The notes beneath the pieces were generated by a model. The model saw only the letters and a program-made list of their open reading frames with translations, was not told where the DNA came from and did not search any database. DNA of 62,289 nucleotides. Source: Bacteroidia bacterium (GTDB lineage Bacteria > Bacteroidota > Bacteroidia > Bacteroidales > GCA-2748055). Shown here one piece after another: positions 47,375-58,234 of this stretch (the stretch's first letter is position 1; each line of letters opens with the position of its first letter). Location: contig DAOWDN010000165.1 of the NCBI GenBank assembly GCA_030639005.1, positions 1 through 62,289 of the forward strand, given 5' to 3'. The position numbers and the translations under genes are program-made.

Positions 47375-48364
47375 TTACTCCTGGTCTTGGCATGGTTTAC
47401 TCTTGTTGTCGAGCCCCTTCCAGATCAGCGCGGCCGCACCCAGCACAGCAATATTCTTCTTGAGTAGTGCGGAAGGCACAATGTCGATCTTATCCCGGTA
47501 GATGGGAAGGAGGTGCTCTTCCATGCTTTTTTTCGCAGGTTCAATAATCCATTTCCCCGCCTTGGCCAGTCCCCCGAATAGAAAAATCCTTGCAGGACTG
47601 ATATGGGCTACAGTATCGGCCAGCGCCCTGCCCAGAAGGTATCCGGTCCTCTCAAAAGCTTTGATGGCAATAGGATCGCCCGATTCGGCCAGCGCAGTGA
47701 TCAGCTTGGGTTTCAGTTTGGAAAACGGGATCTTCCGGATCTCGCTGTCTTCGTTTTCCTCTGCAAGCAATTCATATACAGTTCGCTTGATACCGGTGGC
47801 TGAAACATAAGCTTCAAGGCACCCTCTTTTACCACACCCGCACTGCCTGCCATGGTCGTACACCAGCACATGTCCCAACTCTCCGGCAAATCCATCGTGA
47901 CCATAAATAATATCGCCGTTCACCACCAGTCCGCTACCCAGCCCGGTTCCCAGAGTAATCATCACAAAATTCTTCAGGTCACCTGCATCCCCAAAGAGCA
48001 TCTCACCCAGGGCGGCAGCGTTGGCATCGTTGGTTACCACGACGGGAAGGTGGAACTGATGTTCCATCAGCTTCACAAATTCGATTTTACCTTTCCATGC
48101 GAGGTTGGGGGCATTTTCAATGGAACCTGAATAGTAATTACCGTTTGGCGCTCCTACACCAATCCCCAGCAGCAGAAATGTGGATTCAAGAGGCTCAAGA
48201 TTCTTCATTACATGGGTATGTAGCGCCACGATAAATTCCTCAATGGTCTCATATCCTCTTGTACTGATCTCATCTTCGAAATGGATGGATCCCGACCTGT
48301 CTACAAGTCCGATTTTGGTGAATGTTCCTCCGATATCAATTCCAAGTACAACTTCCAGGGCCAT
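47375..48364 (-). CDS. ROK family sugar kinase (glucokinase-like)
   Basis: GIDIGGT, NDANAAALGE, GTGLGSG, GELGH..CGCG..GCLE; no HTH; TACTTTTG at 48392-48399 (minus). Confidence 0.92.
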   Translation of the reverse strand: MALEVVLGIDIGGTFTKIGLVDRSGSIHFEDEISTRGYETIEEFIVALHTHVMKNLEPLESTFLLLGIGVGAPNGNYYSGSIENAPNLAWKGKIEFVKLMEHQFHLPVVVTNDANAAALGEMLFGDAGDLKNFVMITLGTGLGSGLVVNGDIIYGHDGFAGELGHVLVYDHGRQCGCGKRGCLEAYVSATGIKRTVYELLAEENEDSEIRKIPFSKLKPKLITALAESGDPIAIKAFERTGYLLGRALADTVAHISPARIFLFGGLAKAGKWIIEPAKKSMEEHLLPIYRDKIDIVPSALLKKNIAVLGAAALIWKGLDNKSKPCQDQE

Positions 48365-48451
48365 ATGTTTGCGGTGTATTGATTATTGTAACAAAAGTAA
48401 TAATTCTAAGCCGATTTGGTTAAATTAGCTGTGAGAACCAAAACAGACGTC

Positions 48452-49303
48452 ATGACTAATTTCGTTGTACCCATTGATTTTTCGGTGGATTCGTTGAAGG
48501 GACTTGAGTGGGCTATTCTTTTTTCAAAAAGGAAAAACGTGAACATACAAATGGTCTACGTTTTGTCTAACAGCTCCAACTTTCAACCCAGTGTGGTGGA
48601 GCTGGAGCAAAAGTATGCTGAGGCCCATTTCAAAAAGCTGATGAAAGAACACGAACCCAGGCTTGGCAATAATTCCAAACTAAGGTACATCATTAAGAAG
48701 GGTAAGATATACAGGGAGGTAGTGAACCAGGTGAACTCCTACAAGAATGCAGTGGTATCTGCGTCCACCCACGGAGCTTCGGGTTTTGAAGAGTTGTTTA
48801 TCGGGAGCAATGCATTGAAGATTATGGCAGCCACAGAACAACCTGTATTTACGGTGCGAACCGTAGTCCCGGAGGAGATCCGAAAAATTGTGGTTCCCAT
48901 AAAGCTACACCTCGATACCAGGCAAAAGGCCCCCATGGTAGCAGACATTGCTGAGCTTTTTGGGGCAGAACTGCATGTTGTATCCATCTCCACCCATAAG
49001 AACAAGCGCGATCTGGAGAGACTTGAATCGTATTCAAATCAGGTAATGAACTATTTTGATACCCGGGGGCTGAAGACCACTAAGAAAAACCTGGTGGGTG
49101 AGAGTCTTCCCAGCCTGACCTGTAATTACAGCGAAGCTGTGGATGCAGACCTGATCACTATCATGTCCAGCGCCATAGATAAATGGAATGTTTTCCTGGG
49201 CAGCTATGCTCAGCAGATGGTAAAAAGCACTCCGGTCCCCCTGCTGAGCATTACACCTAAAGAGAAACAGATACCTGCGGGTTTTAGCACCCTTGGAGGA
49301 TAA
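48452..49303 (+). CDS. Universal stress protein with tandem USP domains
   Basis: VVPIDFS, THGASGFEELFIGSNA, LGSYAQQMV; start at the ATG at 48452. Confidence 0.9.
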   Translation: MTNFVVPIDFSVDSLKGLEWAILFSKRKNVNIQMVYVLSNSSNFQPSVVELEQKYAEAHFKKLMKEHEPRLGNNSKLRYIIKKGKIYREVVNQVNSYKNAVVSASTHGASGFEELFIGSNALKIMAATEQPVFTVRTVVPEEIRKIVVPIKLHLDTRQKAPMVADIAELFGAELHVVSISTHKNKRDLERLESYSNQVMNYFDTRGLKTTKKNLVGESLPSLTCNYSEAVDADLITIMSSAIDKWNVFLGSYAQQMVKSTPVPLLSITPKEKQIPAGFSTLGG

Positions 49304-51201
49304 TGAGTGACAGGCTTGATTCCCAGTTAAGGGCTTTAATGGAGGCCCTGCCTTTTGCTTCCTGGTTTAAGGATAAGAATGGAAACTTTAACCAGGTCAA
49401 TGAAATGCTGTTGTCCCTCCTGGGCAAAGAGGCAAAAGATGTGATTGGCAGGGGAAGCCGGGAGGTGCAGAATGAAGAGGATGCCAGAGAGGGTGAAGAG
49501 GAGGAACGGGATGTGCTTAAAACCGGAAAAATCAGGGAATCCACTTATTCCAGGGAGAAGAGATTTATTAAGTCGGTACACTTCCCGGTGATCGATAGCC
49601 ACGGACAAATTATTGGTACAGGAGGTTACCAGGAGGATATTACCAATCTTTCAGGTTCACTACAGGCTCTGCACCGCGAAAGAGAAACCCTGGAAGTGCT
49701 TCTTGAAAGCCTCCCGTTCTGTATATTTTTTACCGACAGGCACGACAGGTACATTAGGGTAAACCGGATGATGGCCAAGCTTCTTCGGATCGACGAACCA
49801 GGATTAGCCATTGGCAAAACCAATAAGGAGTTCTTTTCAAAGCGTGTGGCCAGAAAGATGAAAGAGGAGGACCGGACCATCATTGAGACCGGGAATCCCA
49901 TCGTTAATAAGATTATCTATTTTGAAGATGAAGGGGTCGAAGGATTCTGGTTGGAGAAGAATAAAATTCCCATCAGGGATGAGCGGGGTGTGATCACCAT
50001 GATCATTGGAATATTTAAAGACGTTTCCGACCTGATGAAGATTGAAAACGAGCTCAAGGAGGCGAGGGACCGGGCCAAGGAGTCGGACCGGCTGAAGACC
50101 TCTTTTCTGGCCAACATGTCCCATGAGATCAGGACCCCCATGAACGGAATCCTCGGTTTTGCAAACCTGTTGAGAGACTCCGAACTGAGCGAAGATATGA
50201 GAGATCTCTATTTAAAGCACATTGATCATTCGTCCCAACAATTGCTGAACATCATTGATGACATCATTGATATTTCGAAAATAGAATCGGAGCAGTTAAA
50301 AATATCCAATAAACCTGTCAGGATCAACGAAATTCTTGATGAGATCTATTCCTCCTTTTTTCATCGCATCAGGGGAGATGCACCCGGACAGAAAAAGGTG
50401 GCATTTAACCTGAAGAAAGGGAATGACTCCAATGATTTCACCATTGTTACCGACGACTTCAGGTTGAGCCAGATATTCAACAATATAATAGGGAACGCTA
50501 TCAAGTTTACCAAGGAGGGCCATATCAACTTTGGATACACCCTGCGGCATAACAGGTATATTGAATTCTTTGTGAGTGACACCGGCGTAGGCATTCCAAA
50601 CAATAAGATCAAACTCATATTTGACAGATTCGGACAGGTGAACCAGGAGTGGTCATTGCAGCCTTCCGGCACCGGTTTGGGATTGCCCATCTCCAAGAGC
50701 CTGGCGAACCTGATGGGTGGAGAAATGTGGGTTGAATCAGTGGTGGGGGAGGGAACTACATTCTATTTTAACCTGCCTCTGGTGGTTGAGGAGCCAGTAG
50801 AAGATACAAGGGTATTGATTTCTAATAAAACCTACAACTGGAGCAACAAAGAGATCCTTGTGGCTGAGGATGAGGAGTTGAACTGGCTTTTTATCAGAGA
50901 GATGCTGAGGCAGACAGGAGCATCCATTCACAGGGCCAGGAATGGACATGAGGTAGTGGAGCTAAGCCGGAAACTGGTTCCCGACGCTATTCTGATGGAT
51001 ATTAAAATGCCTGAAATGAACGGCATTGAAGCGGTCCGGCTTATTAGAGTCTTTAATGAAGAGGTGCCGATTATTGCTCAAACAGCCTTTGTAATGGCCG
51101 AAGAGAAGGAAGAGAGCCTGCTGGCAGGATGTAATCACTTTGTTACCAAACCGCTGGACAGAACCACGATTATGGAACTGATTGATAGTTATTTCAAATG
51201 A
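49303..51201 (+). CDS. Cytoplasmic hybrid histidine kinase (PAS-PAS-HisKA-HATPase-REC)
   Basis: FLANMSHEIRTPMN, NAIKFT, DTGVG, GTGLGL, receiver ILMDIKMP; no TM segment. Confidence 0.94.
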   Translation: MSDRLDSQLRALMEALPFASWFKDKNGNFNQVNEMLLSLLGKEAKDVIGRGSREVQNEEDAREGEEEERDVLKTGKIRESTYSREKRFIKSVHFPVIDSHGQIIGTGGYQEDITNLSGSLQALHRERETLEVLLESLPFCIFFTDRHDRYIRVNRMMAKLLRIDEPGLAIGKTNKEFFSKRVARKMKEEDRTIIETGNPIVNKIIYFEDEGVEGFWLEKNKIPIRDERGVITMIIGIFKDVSDLMKIENELKEARDRAKESDRLKTSFLANMSHEIRTPMNGILGFANLLRDSELSEDMRDLYLKHIDHSSQQLLNIIDDIIDISKIESEQLKISNKPVRINEILDEIYSSFFHRIRGDAPGQKKVAFNLKKGNDSNDFTIVTDDFRLSQIFNNIIGNAIKFTKEGHINFGYTLRHNRYIEFFVSDTGVGIPNNKIKLIFDRFGQVNQEWSLQPSGTGLGLPISKSLANLMGGEMWVESVVGEGTTFYFNLPLVVEEPVEDTRVLISNKTYNWSNKEILVAEDEELNWLFIREMLRQTGASIHRARNGHEVVELSRKLVPDAILMDIKMPEMNGIEAVRLIRVFNEEVPIIAQTAFVMAEEKEESLLAGCNHFVTKPLDRTTIMELIDSYFK

Positions 51202-51872
51202 GAAGAGCAGCAGTCATTGTGGCAGGAGGATCGGGCATCCGCATGGGAGGTGAGGTTCCAAAACAGTACCTGGAGCTTGCCGGAAAACCCCTGATTGTCC
51301 ATGCGCTGGAGAAGTTCCTGCAGTTTGATCCCCGCATGGAAGTGGTGGTGGTGATGGCCTCCTCACGCCGGGAATACTGGGATGCCATAAGTGATAAATA
51401 CCAACTACTATCGGGGATCACCTTGGCCACCGGAGGAGCAAGCAGGTATGATTCTGTAAAAAGCGGGCTGAACCATGTGGAAGAGGGGATGGTTGTGGGA
51501 ATTCACGATGCTGTAAGGCCGTTGGTGAGCCTGAGAACCCTGGAGCGCAGCTACTCTGCTGCAGTCAGGTGGGGCAGCGGAGTCCCTGTAATTGAATTGG
51601 ATGATTCGGTCAGGATGGTTGACACTCAGGGAGGCTCGGTCGGGATGGATCGGACAAAACTCCGAAGAGTACAAACCCCGCAGGTTTTTCAGTCCGGATT
51701 GATAAAACAGGCCTACAATCAGTACACCGATCCGGCATACACCGATGATGCATCGGTGTATGAATCACAATTTGGTGAAGTAAAGCTTGTGGAAGGGAAT
51801 AGGGAAAACATTAAGATCACCACCCTTGCCGATTTAAAACTGGCGACTGCACTTATTCAGTCTGTGGGGTAA
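51198..51872 (+). CDS. ispD: 2-C-methyl-D-erythritol 4-phosphate cytidylyltransferase
   Basis: AGGSGIRMG..PKQY, IHDAVRP, VQTPQ, TDDASV, NIKITT. Confidence 0.94.
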   Translation: MRRAAVIVAGGSGIRMGGEVPKQYLELAGKPLIVHALEKFLQFDPRMEVVVVMASSRREYWDAISDKYQLLSGITLATGGASRYDSVKSGLNHVEEGMVVGIHDAVRPLVSLRTLERSYSAAVRWGSGVPVIELDDSVRMVDTQGGSVGMDRTKLRRVQTPQVFQSGLIKQAYNQYTDPAYTDDASVYESQFGEVKLVEGNRENIKITTLADLKLATALIQSVG

Positions 51873-52533
51873 TCTCTCCTCCAATACTGGTTTTGAACTC
51901 TTTCTTCGCCGGCTCACCCAGGTAGCCGATAAATGCTTTACCGGAAGCATTGGCATTCAGCAGCTGTGTTGTGTTTACTTTCACCTGGGCACCGGTGGCA
52001 GCTTTTACCCAGGCATTTACAGCCAGAAGCTCATAGGCCAGGAAGTTTCCCACGGTGTTGGCATTTACCTGGAGGCTCCGGGTGGTACCTTTCAGAATAA
52101 TATCGGCACCCTGGTTTACCCGGGCACTCAGAGAATCGGTCGCCACAGCAAATTCTGCCTTGCCCCCTGTTTCTACTTTCAGAGACAGGATGTCAGACTG
52201 AAGAGTATCGGCTGTTTGAACAATAGCCCCCCGGCTTATTTCAAGTCCGGTCAGAGAGGTAAGGTGCAGTTTGACCATGATGGCCGGGGTCTGCTTTAAT
52301 TCTGTTTTGGTTCTTAGCGTAAGTTTATTTTTATCCTGTTCAACGCTCAGCGATTCAGGGAATTCCTCCGTTTCAAACTCCAGGAACGCGGTATCGGAAA
52401 CCACCAGCTTAAGGTGGATGTTGCCGCTGACTTTTAACTGTCCGAATGGCTTACTTACGGGATGAATATGGTGTTGTCCGGCTACCGGCAAAAGCAGGAT
52501 GAAAAGGAAGGAAACAAGGATTATTACTCTCAT
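51853..52533 (-). CDS. Exported DUF2807/head-GIN-like beta-solenoid protein
   Basis: Signal peptide after the ATG at 52533; repeated (S/T)G(A/G) beta units; TACTTTTG at 52551-52558 (minus). Confidence 0.72.
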   Translation of the reverse strand: MRVIILVSFLFILLLPVAGQHHIHPVSKPFGQLKVSGNIHLKLVVSDTAFLEFETEEFPESLSVEQDKNKLTLRTKTELKQTPAIMVKLHLTSLTGLEISRGAIVQTADTLQSDILSLKVETGGKAEFAVATDSLSARVNQGADIILKGTTRSLQVNANTVGNFLAYELLAVNAWVKAATGAQVKVNTTQLLNANASGKAFIGYLGEPAKKEFKTSIGGEITPQTE

Positions 52534-52592
52534 AGCACGACTTTTATCTCCAAAAGTACGTTTAAATATTTTATTACCTTGCATCCCTGAGC

Positions 52593-54023
52593 ATGATGCA
52601 TATGGCAAAGGCGTTAAAAGTGATGATGGTCTGTTTTCTGCTGGGTCATGTGTCAGATATTCTGGCTCAGGAAACCCTGGTGATTACCGATGATAAGCTG
52701 GTCATAAACGATATTCAGGTCCAGGGCAATGATGTTACACGCAAACATGTGATTCTGAGGGAACTGGTGTTTTCCGTTGGCGATACTGTATTGAAAATGG
52801 AGCTTTTGCCTTCAATACAGAGAAGCAAAGACAACCTGCTCAACCTGGCCCTGTTCAATTTCGTACATTTTGCGATCACACATTCAGAAGAGAACCGAAT
52901 AGATGTGAATATTACAGTAACTGAGCGCTGGTATATATGGCCGGTTCCGATCCTTGAGTATGCCGACAGGAATTTCAGCACTTTCATTGAGAACAAAGAC
53001 TGGGATAAAATCAATTATGGAGCCTGGTTGAAGTGGAGCAATTTCAGGGGGAGGAACGAACAGCTTATCGCGAAAATCAGGCTGGGGTATATCAAGGAGT
53101 ACTCCCTTGCCTACTCTGTCCCAAACCTGGGGAAGAACCAGCGTCACGGAGCGTCGACAGGTTTCAATATAACTCACCAGAACGAGGCGTACATCGCTAC
53201 CCGGCACAACATGCCGGTGGAGTATCGGCCCCAGGACACTCCGGCGCAGATCAGGTTCAACACCTTTGCCAAATATATTTACAGGCGGAAACACTACACC
53301 ACCCATTCCATGGAGTTTCAGTATTTCGATTACCAGGTATCGGATTCCGTGGCCATCGTCAATTCCAATTACCTGGGAGGAGGCGACACCAGAATGAATT
53401 TTTTTTCCCTGGCATACAAATTCATTTATGACATCAGGGACTCAAAGATCTATCCCCTGGAGGGTTTCTTTGTTAAAATCAAGGCCGAGCAGCTTGGACT
53501 GGGACTGATACCAGACTATGCATTTCCTGCATTCTGGATGACCGGAGTGATGATGTATCACCAGAAACTGGCAAACAGGCTCTATTTCTACAATGCCTCC
53601 AAGTTCAGGTACTCTTCTGAAAAATACATGCCACATATACTAAACCAGGGCCTGGGATATCATGAATTCCTGAGTGGATACGAACCCTACGTAATTGATG
53701 GATCGGACTATGTAATTTCCAAGTACAACCTGAAGATTCAGGTGATCAAACCCTCCACTTACACCCTTCCCCTGATTGGGATGAAACAGTTCAATAAAAT
53801 TCATTATGCGCTCTATTTCAATGTTTTTGCAGATGCCGGGTATGTGAATTACGATTTTCCCGATCCCACCAACACCATGGTAAACAACTGGCAGTTTTCT
53901 GCAGGGGCAGGAATTGATTTAGTAACTTACTACGATCAGGTTTTCAGGATCGATTATGCCATCAACCGGTACGGGGAACATGGCTTTTTCTTTCATGTGG
54001 AGACCCCGTTTTCCAGGTGGTAG
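52593..54023 (+). CDS. Omp85/BamA-TamA family outer membrane protein with one POTRA domain
   Basis: IQVQGNDVTRKHVILREL POTRA, ERWYIWP, NFRGRNE, beta-barrel C-terminus. Confidence 0.82.
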   Translation: MMHMAKALKVMMVCFLLGHVSDILAQETLVITDDKLVINDIQVQGNDVTRKHVILRELVFSVGDTVLKMELLPSIQRSKDNLLNLALFNFVHFAITHSEENRIDVNITVTERWYIWPVPILEYADRNFSTFIENKDWDKINYGAWLKWSNFRGRNEQLIAKIRLGYIKEYSLAYSVPNLGKNQRHGASTGFNITHQNEAYIATRHNMPVEYRPQDTPAQIRFNTFAKYIYRRKHYTTHSMEFQYFDYQVSDSVAIVNSNYLGGGDTRMNFFSLAYKFIYDIRDSKIYPLEGFFVKIKAEQLGLGLIPDYAFPAFWMTGVMMYHQKLANRLYFYNASKFRYSSEKYMPHILNQGLGYHEFLSGYEPYVIDGSDYVISKYNLKIQVIKPSTYTLPLIGMKQFNKIHYALYFNVFADAGYVNYDFPDPTNTMVNNWQFSAGAGIDLVTYYDQVFRIDYAINRYGEHGFFFHVETPFSRW

Positions 54024-54057
54024 ATTGTGCTGATATACCAGAAACTTAAAGCAGCCT

Positions 54058-55092
54058 ATGAAGAGTGCAAGATCATATTCACTGTGGATTACCCTGGTAG
54101 TGATTGTATTCGCGTTGCTTTTGCTGGCGATCGATGAACTGGCTATTTTTAAGCGCCCCTTCATCAAATACGTGGTGCTGGTTGTTGTAGGGATACCAGG
54201 TATATTCCTGATTGTCAGGCTCTTTTTTATCAGGTTTGTAACATTCAGGATCGATCCGATCTTTAAATCGATTCACAGCTACACCATGTCGCAAAAATCG
54301 ATCCGGGACAAAATTGACAAAGGAGATGTGGTCGACGATCTGAAAAGAGAGGTAAAAGTGTGGGCCGAGAACCAGTGGAAAGAGATCAGGAAACTGAAAC
54401 AGATGGAAAAGTACCGGAAAGATTTCCTGGGAAATGTCTCCCATGAACTTAAAACGCCCATCTTCAATATCCAGGGATATATTCTTACCCTCCTCGACGG
54501 CGGCATGAAGGATGCCAACATCAATACGCTCTATCTGAAAAGAGCGGAGCGCAGTACCAACAGACTCATAAGCATTGTGGAGGACCTGGATTCCATTGCC
54601 AGGCTCGAATCGGGAGAGTTTAAACTGAAACTGGAAATCTTTAACCTGGTGAAAGTGGTTGAAGAGGTCATTGAATACCAGGAAATGCAGGCCAAACAAA
54701 AAAACATAAAAATTGGATTTGATGGGAACTACAGCAAAGCGGTGAAGGTGAAAGCAGACCGGAAAAGGATCATGGAGGTGGTTGATAATCTGGTCGGGAA
54801 TACCATCAAGTATGGCCGGCAGGGGGGAAAGACCACCATTGGTTTTATCGATACAGGGGAGAATATCATGGTGGATATCACCGATAACGGAATCGGGATT
54901 GAAGAGCGAAACCTGCCCAGGATCTTTGAACGGTTTTACCGGGTGGACAAAAGCCGTTCGCGTGAATCGGGAGGAACCGGGCTGGGCCTCTCCATTGTGA
55001 AGCACACCATCCAGGCGCATAACCAGACTATTACTGTGAGAAGCAGGGAGGACCAGGGAACTAGCTTTATCTTTTCGCTCGACAAGGCTTGA
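54058..55092 (+). CDS. Membrane sensor histidine kinase (PhoR/RprX-like)
   Basis: Two TM segments, NVSHELKTP, DNGIGI, FERFYRVDKSRSRESGGTGLGL. Confidence 0.93.
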   Translation: MKSARSYSLWITLVVIVFALLLLAIDELAIFKRPFIKYVVLVVVGIPGIFLIVRLFFIRFVTFRIDPIFKSIHSYTMSQKSIRDKIDKGDVVDDLKREVKVWAENQWKEIRKLKQMEKYRKDFLGNVSHELKTPIFNIQGYILTLLDGGMKDANINTLYLKRAERSTNRLISIVEDLDSIARLESGEFKLKLEIFNLVKVVEEVIEYQEMQAKQKNIKIGFDGNYSKAVKVKADRKRIMEVVDNLVGNTIKYGRQGGKTTIGFIDTGENIMVDITDNGIGIEERNLPRIFERFYRVDKSRSRESGGTGLGLSIVKHTIQAHNQTITVRSREDQGTSFIFSLDKA

Positions 55093-55114
55093 CCGGTAAC
55101 GCGGGTACCGGTCA
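55090..55114. terminator. Hairpin between convergent genes (possible bidirectional terminator)
   Basis: TGACCGGTA-acgcggg-TACCGGTCA, a perfect 9-bp stem; no U tract. Confidence 0.4.
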
Positions 55115-56719
55115 GGGATCTACCCAGTCGCCCTCCTTTTTTATTAAATCAATCAGGGCATCCAGAGACTCTTTTTCCGGGATGTTTCGAAGCATGGGCT
55201 GTTTGCCCTTATAGATGCTTACCCTGCCCGGTCCGGCCCCCACATAGCCGTAATCTGCATCGGCCATTTCGCCCGGTCCGTTGACGATGCAGCCCATCAC
55301 CCCGATTTTCAGAGTGGTGAGGTGGGAGGTTGCTCCACGGATCTCCTTAAGACGGGAGAGGATGTCAAAATGGGTGCGCCCGCAGGAGGGACAGGCAATG
55401 TATTCAGTTTTACTGATGCGAGCCCCTGCCGCCTGTAAGATCATCAGCACCGTTTCATTCACCATGGTATGGGAGAAATTGGAATTTTCCACCCATACCC
55501 CGTCCAGGGTACCATCCACCAGCAGGAAACCCAGTTCCCCCGCCAGCTGCAACCGGAAGGTTTCAGGGTCCTCCGCGGTACTGGATGTTTTAAAAAGAAT
55601 AGGGCTAAGGCTGTTCTGCGAACAGAAGTGGTTCAATTGCGCCTTGATCTCATGGAGGGTATTTGAACCCTGTTCGATCAATAAGATTTTGTCTTCCTGG
55701 TCAAGAAGGGAAGGATCCTGTAACCACTCTTTATAAGGGACAGTCAGTTTCTTAATGTGGTTAGGGGTCAGGTCCACCAGTGGATCGGGAGCTTGCTGGC
55801 TGACGATCCTGACCCTGGTTCCATTTCCGATTCCCGCCACAGGGATCGATATTCTCCTGGAAAAACTGAAGGGATCCCAGGCAAGGTCCCGGAAAGGATG
55901 GTAGGGTAGTTGACGGGGTTTTGGGAAAAGAGCAGAGATGGCTGAAGCTACAGGCATCTCCTCTTCCGGGGGTTCTGTAAGTGAAACTCTGATGGTATCG
56001 CCCATTCCTTCCAGCAGGAGGGGAGCCATACCCACAGCCGATTTGATCCGGCCCTCGGGACCATCCCCGGCTTCGGTGACCCCCAGGTGGAGCGGAAATG
56101 AGATTCCCTCTCCGCTCATCTTTTTTACCAGCAGGCGGACCGATTGTACCATGACCCTCGGGTTGCTCGATTTCATAGAGACCACAACTTTATCAAAGGA
56201 GGCATCTTTGCAAATACGAAGAAATTGCATGGCCGATTCGGCCATCCCTTCCGGGGTGTTGCCATATCGGTTCAATATAGACTCGTCCAGGGAGCCGTGG
56301 TTTACCCCAATCCGGATGGCGGTACCGTGAGCCCTGCAAGTCTCCAGCAGCTCCGGGAGCAGTGCATCCGGTGTTAAGCCCCTGAGGTAGTTGCCCGGAT
56401 TGATCCGGATCTTATCGGTGATTTTTGCAGCATCCAGCGCCAGCCCGGGTTTGAAATGGATATCGGCCACCACGGGGGTATCATACCCTGCCTTCTTCAG
56501 CTCAGCACGGATCCTGGCAAGATTCTTCACTTCCCTTTTGCCCTGGGTGGTGAGACGCACCAGGGTGGCACCCTTTATGATCATCCGGATGCATTGATCC
56601 ACCGATGCCGCAACATCATTGGTGTCGGTATTGGTCATGGACTGAATCTGCACAGGCTGATTACCGCCCAGCTTCAGGTTCCCGATGGTAATTTCAGTTG
56701 ATTTCCCAATCGGCACCAT
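55112..56719 (-). CDS. ispG: HMBPP synthase (long form)
   Basis: [50 protein letters not shown]. Confidence 0.95.
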   Translation of the reverse strand: MVPIGKSTEITIGNLKLGGNQPVQIQSMTNTDTNDVAASVDQCIRMIIKGATLVRLTTQGKREVKNLARIRAELKKAGYDTPVVADIHFKPGLALDAAKITDKIRINPGNYLRGLTPDALLPELLETCRAHGTAIRIGVNHGSLDESILNRYGNTPEGMAESAMQFLRICKDASFDKVVVSMKSSNPRVMVQSVRLLVKKMSGEGISFPLHLGVTEAGDGPEGRIKSAVGMAPLLLEGMGDTIRVSLTEPPEEEMPVASAISALFPKPRQLPYHPFRDLAWDPFSFSRRISIPVAGIGNGTRVRIVSQQAPDPLVDLTPNHIKKLTVPYKEWLQDPSLLDQEDKILLIEQGSNTLHEIKAQLNHFCSQNSLSPILFKTSSTAEDPETFRLQLAGELGFLLVDGTLDGVWVENSNFSHTMVNETVLMILQAAGARISKTEYIACPSCGRTHFDILSRLKEIRGATSHLTTLKIGVMGCIVNGPGEMADADYGYVGAGPGRVSIYKGKQPMLRNIPEKESLDALIDLIKKEGDWVDP

Positions 56720-58163
56720 CTTTACGGTCCTTTACGGTGATTCCCAGGTTAGAAAGCCTGTCCCGGATGCGATCAGCAGTATTAAAATCGAGGTTTGTCT
56801 TGGCATCGTTTCTCAGCTGCAGGATCATCTCAATCAGCTCGCCGGTGATTTTGTCAGATTGGCCGGAGGCTTCCGGCAGGGTGAGGCCAAGTACGGAGAA
56901 TACCAGGGAATGATACAGGCTTTTTAAGGTTTCCAGATCCGTATCTGTGATGGTCTCCTTTCCTTCCGCCAGGTTATTGATCTGTGTAACCCCGCTTAAG
57001 AGGTGACCAATCAGTTTGGCTGTATTCATGTCATCTTCCATGGCCCTGTTGCAGCGGTCGGCCAGTCCATTCACATCAATGGTGGTGGTGCTTTCCGGTT
57101 TCAGGACATCAAGTTGTGCAATGGCTTTCATCAGGCGCAAGAATCCTTTCTCGGCAGCCTGCATTGCCTCATTGGAGAAATCGAGGGTACTCCGGTAGTG
57201 GGCCTGGAGAATAAAGAACCTGATGGTCATGGGGCCATAAGCTTGTTCCAGCATCTTGTGATCGCCCGCAAAAAGCTGGTAAAGGGTGATGAAGTTTCCC
57301 AGGGAACGGCCCATTTTCTGACCATTGATGGTGATCATGTTGTTGTGCATCCAGTACCGTACTGAAGGTTTTCCGTATCCGGCCACATTCTGTGCAATTT
57401 CGCACTCATGGTGAGGAAAAAGCAGGTCCATGCCTCCTCCATGAATATCAAACTGCATGCCCAGGTACTTGGTGCTCATGGCTGAGCACTCAAGGTGCCA
57501 GCCCGGGAAGCCTTCGCTCCAGCGGGAGGGCCAGCGCATGATGTGGGCAGGATCGGCTTTTTTCCATAGGGCAAAGTCGAGCGGATTCCTTTTTTCCGAT
57601 TGTCCGTCCAATGCCCTGGTATTGGAAAGCAGGTCCTCGACCTTCCTTCCGGAGAGTTGTCCGTAGGGGTGGTTTTCATTGTAGGCGCTTACGTCGAAAT
57701 AGACCGAACCATTTACCTCGTAAGCGTACCCGGCATCCATGATTTTCCCGATCAGCTCCTGCTGCTCAATTATGTGTCCGCTGGCCCTCGGTTCAATACT
57801 GGGCGGCAGCACATTCAGTGAAGACATATTCAGGTGGTAACGGTTCATGTAGTGCTGTACCACCTCCATGGGCTCCAGCGATTCGAGCCTTGCCTTCACC
57901 AGGATCTTATCCTCTCCCTCATCTGCATCATTTTCCAGATGACCCACATCGGTAATGTTACGCACATACCTCACCTTATAGTCCAGGTGCTGCAGGTACC
58001 TGTAGAGCACATCAAATGTAATGGCCTGGCGGGCATGGCCCAGGTGGGCATCGCCGTACACTGTGGGACCGCAAGCATAGAGACCAACAAACGGGGGATT
58101 GATGGGATCGAACCGCTCTTTCTTCCTGGTCAGGGTATTGTATATAAATAGCTTATTGGTCAT
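56694..58163 (-). CDS. cysS: Cysteine--tRNA ligase
   Basis: [30 protein letters not shown]; start at the ATG at 58163. Confidence 0.97.
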   Translation of the reverse strand: MTNKLFIYNTLTRKKERFDPINPPFVGLYACGPTVYGDAHLGHARQAITFDVLYRYLQHLDYKVRYVRNITDVGHLENDADEGEDKILVKARLESLEPMEVVQHYMNRYHLNMSSLNVLPPSIEPRASGHIIEQQELIGKIMDAGYAYEVNGSVYFDVSAYNENHPYGQLSGRKVEDLLSNTRALDGQSEKRNPLDFALWKKADPAHIMRWPSRWSEGFPGWHLECSAMSTKYLGMQFDIHGGGMDLLFPHHECEIAQNVAGYGKPSVRYWMHNNMITINGQKMGRSLGNFITLYQLFAGDHKMLEQAYGPMTIRFFILQAHYRSTLDFSNEAMQAAEKGFLRLMKAIAQLDVLKPESTTTIDVNGLADRCNRAMEDDMNTAKLIGHLLSGVTQINNLAEGKETITDTDLETLKSLYHSLVFSVLGLTLPEASGQSDKITGELIEMILQLRNDAKTNLDFNTADRIRDRLSNLGITVKDRKDGADWEIN

Positions 58164-58234
58164 ATCTATTGCCGGATAATCAGAATGATGGAACAAAATT
58201 AGTAAATTTAGCTCTTACCGGAAATGAAATTATT

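Noticed and set aside
54079-55020. Long antisense ORFs (313 aa here; also 1005..1631, 58640..59359, 61610..62263)
   Set aside because: They lie fully opposite well-conserved genes and have no motifs; typical codon-bias shadows.
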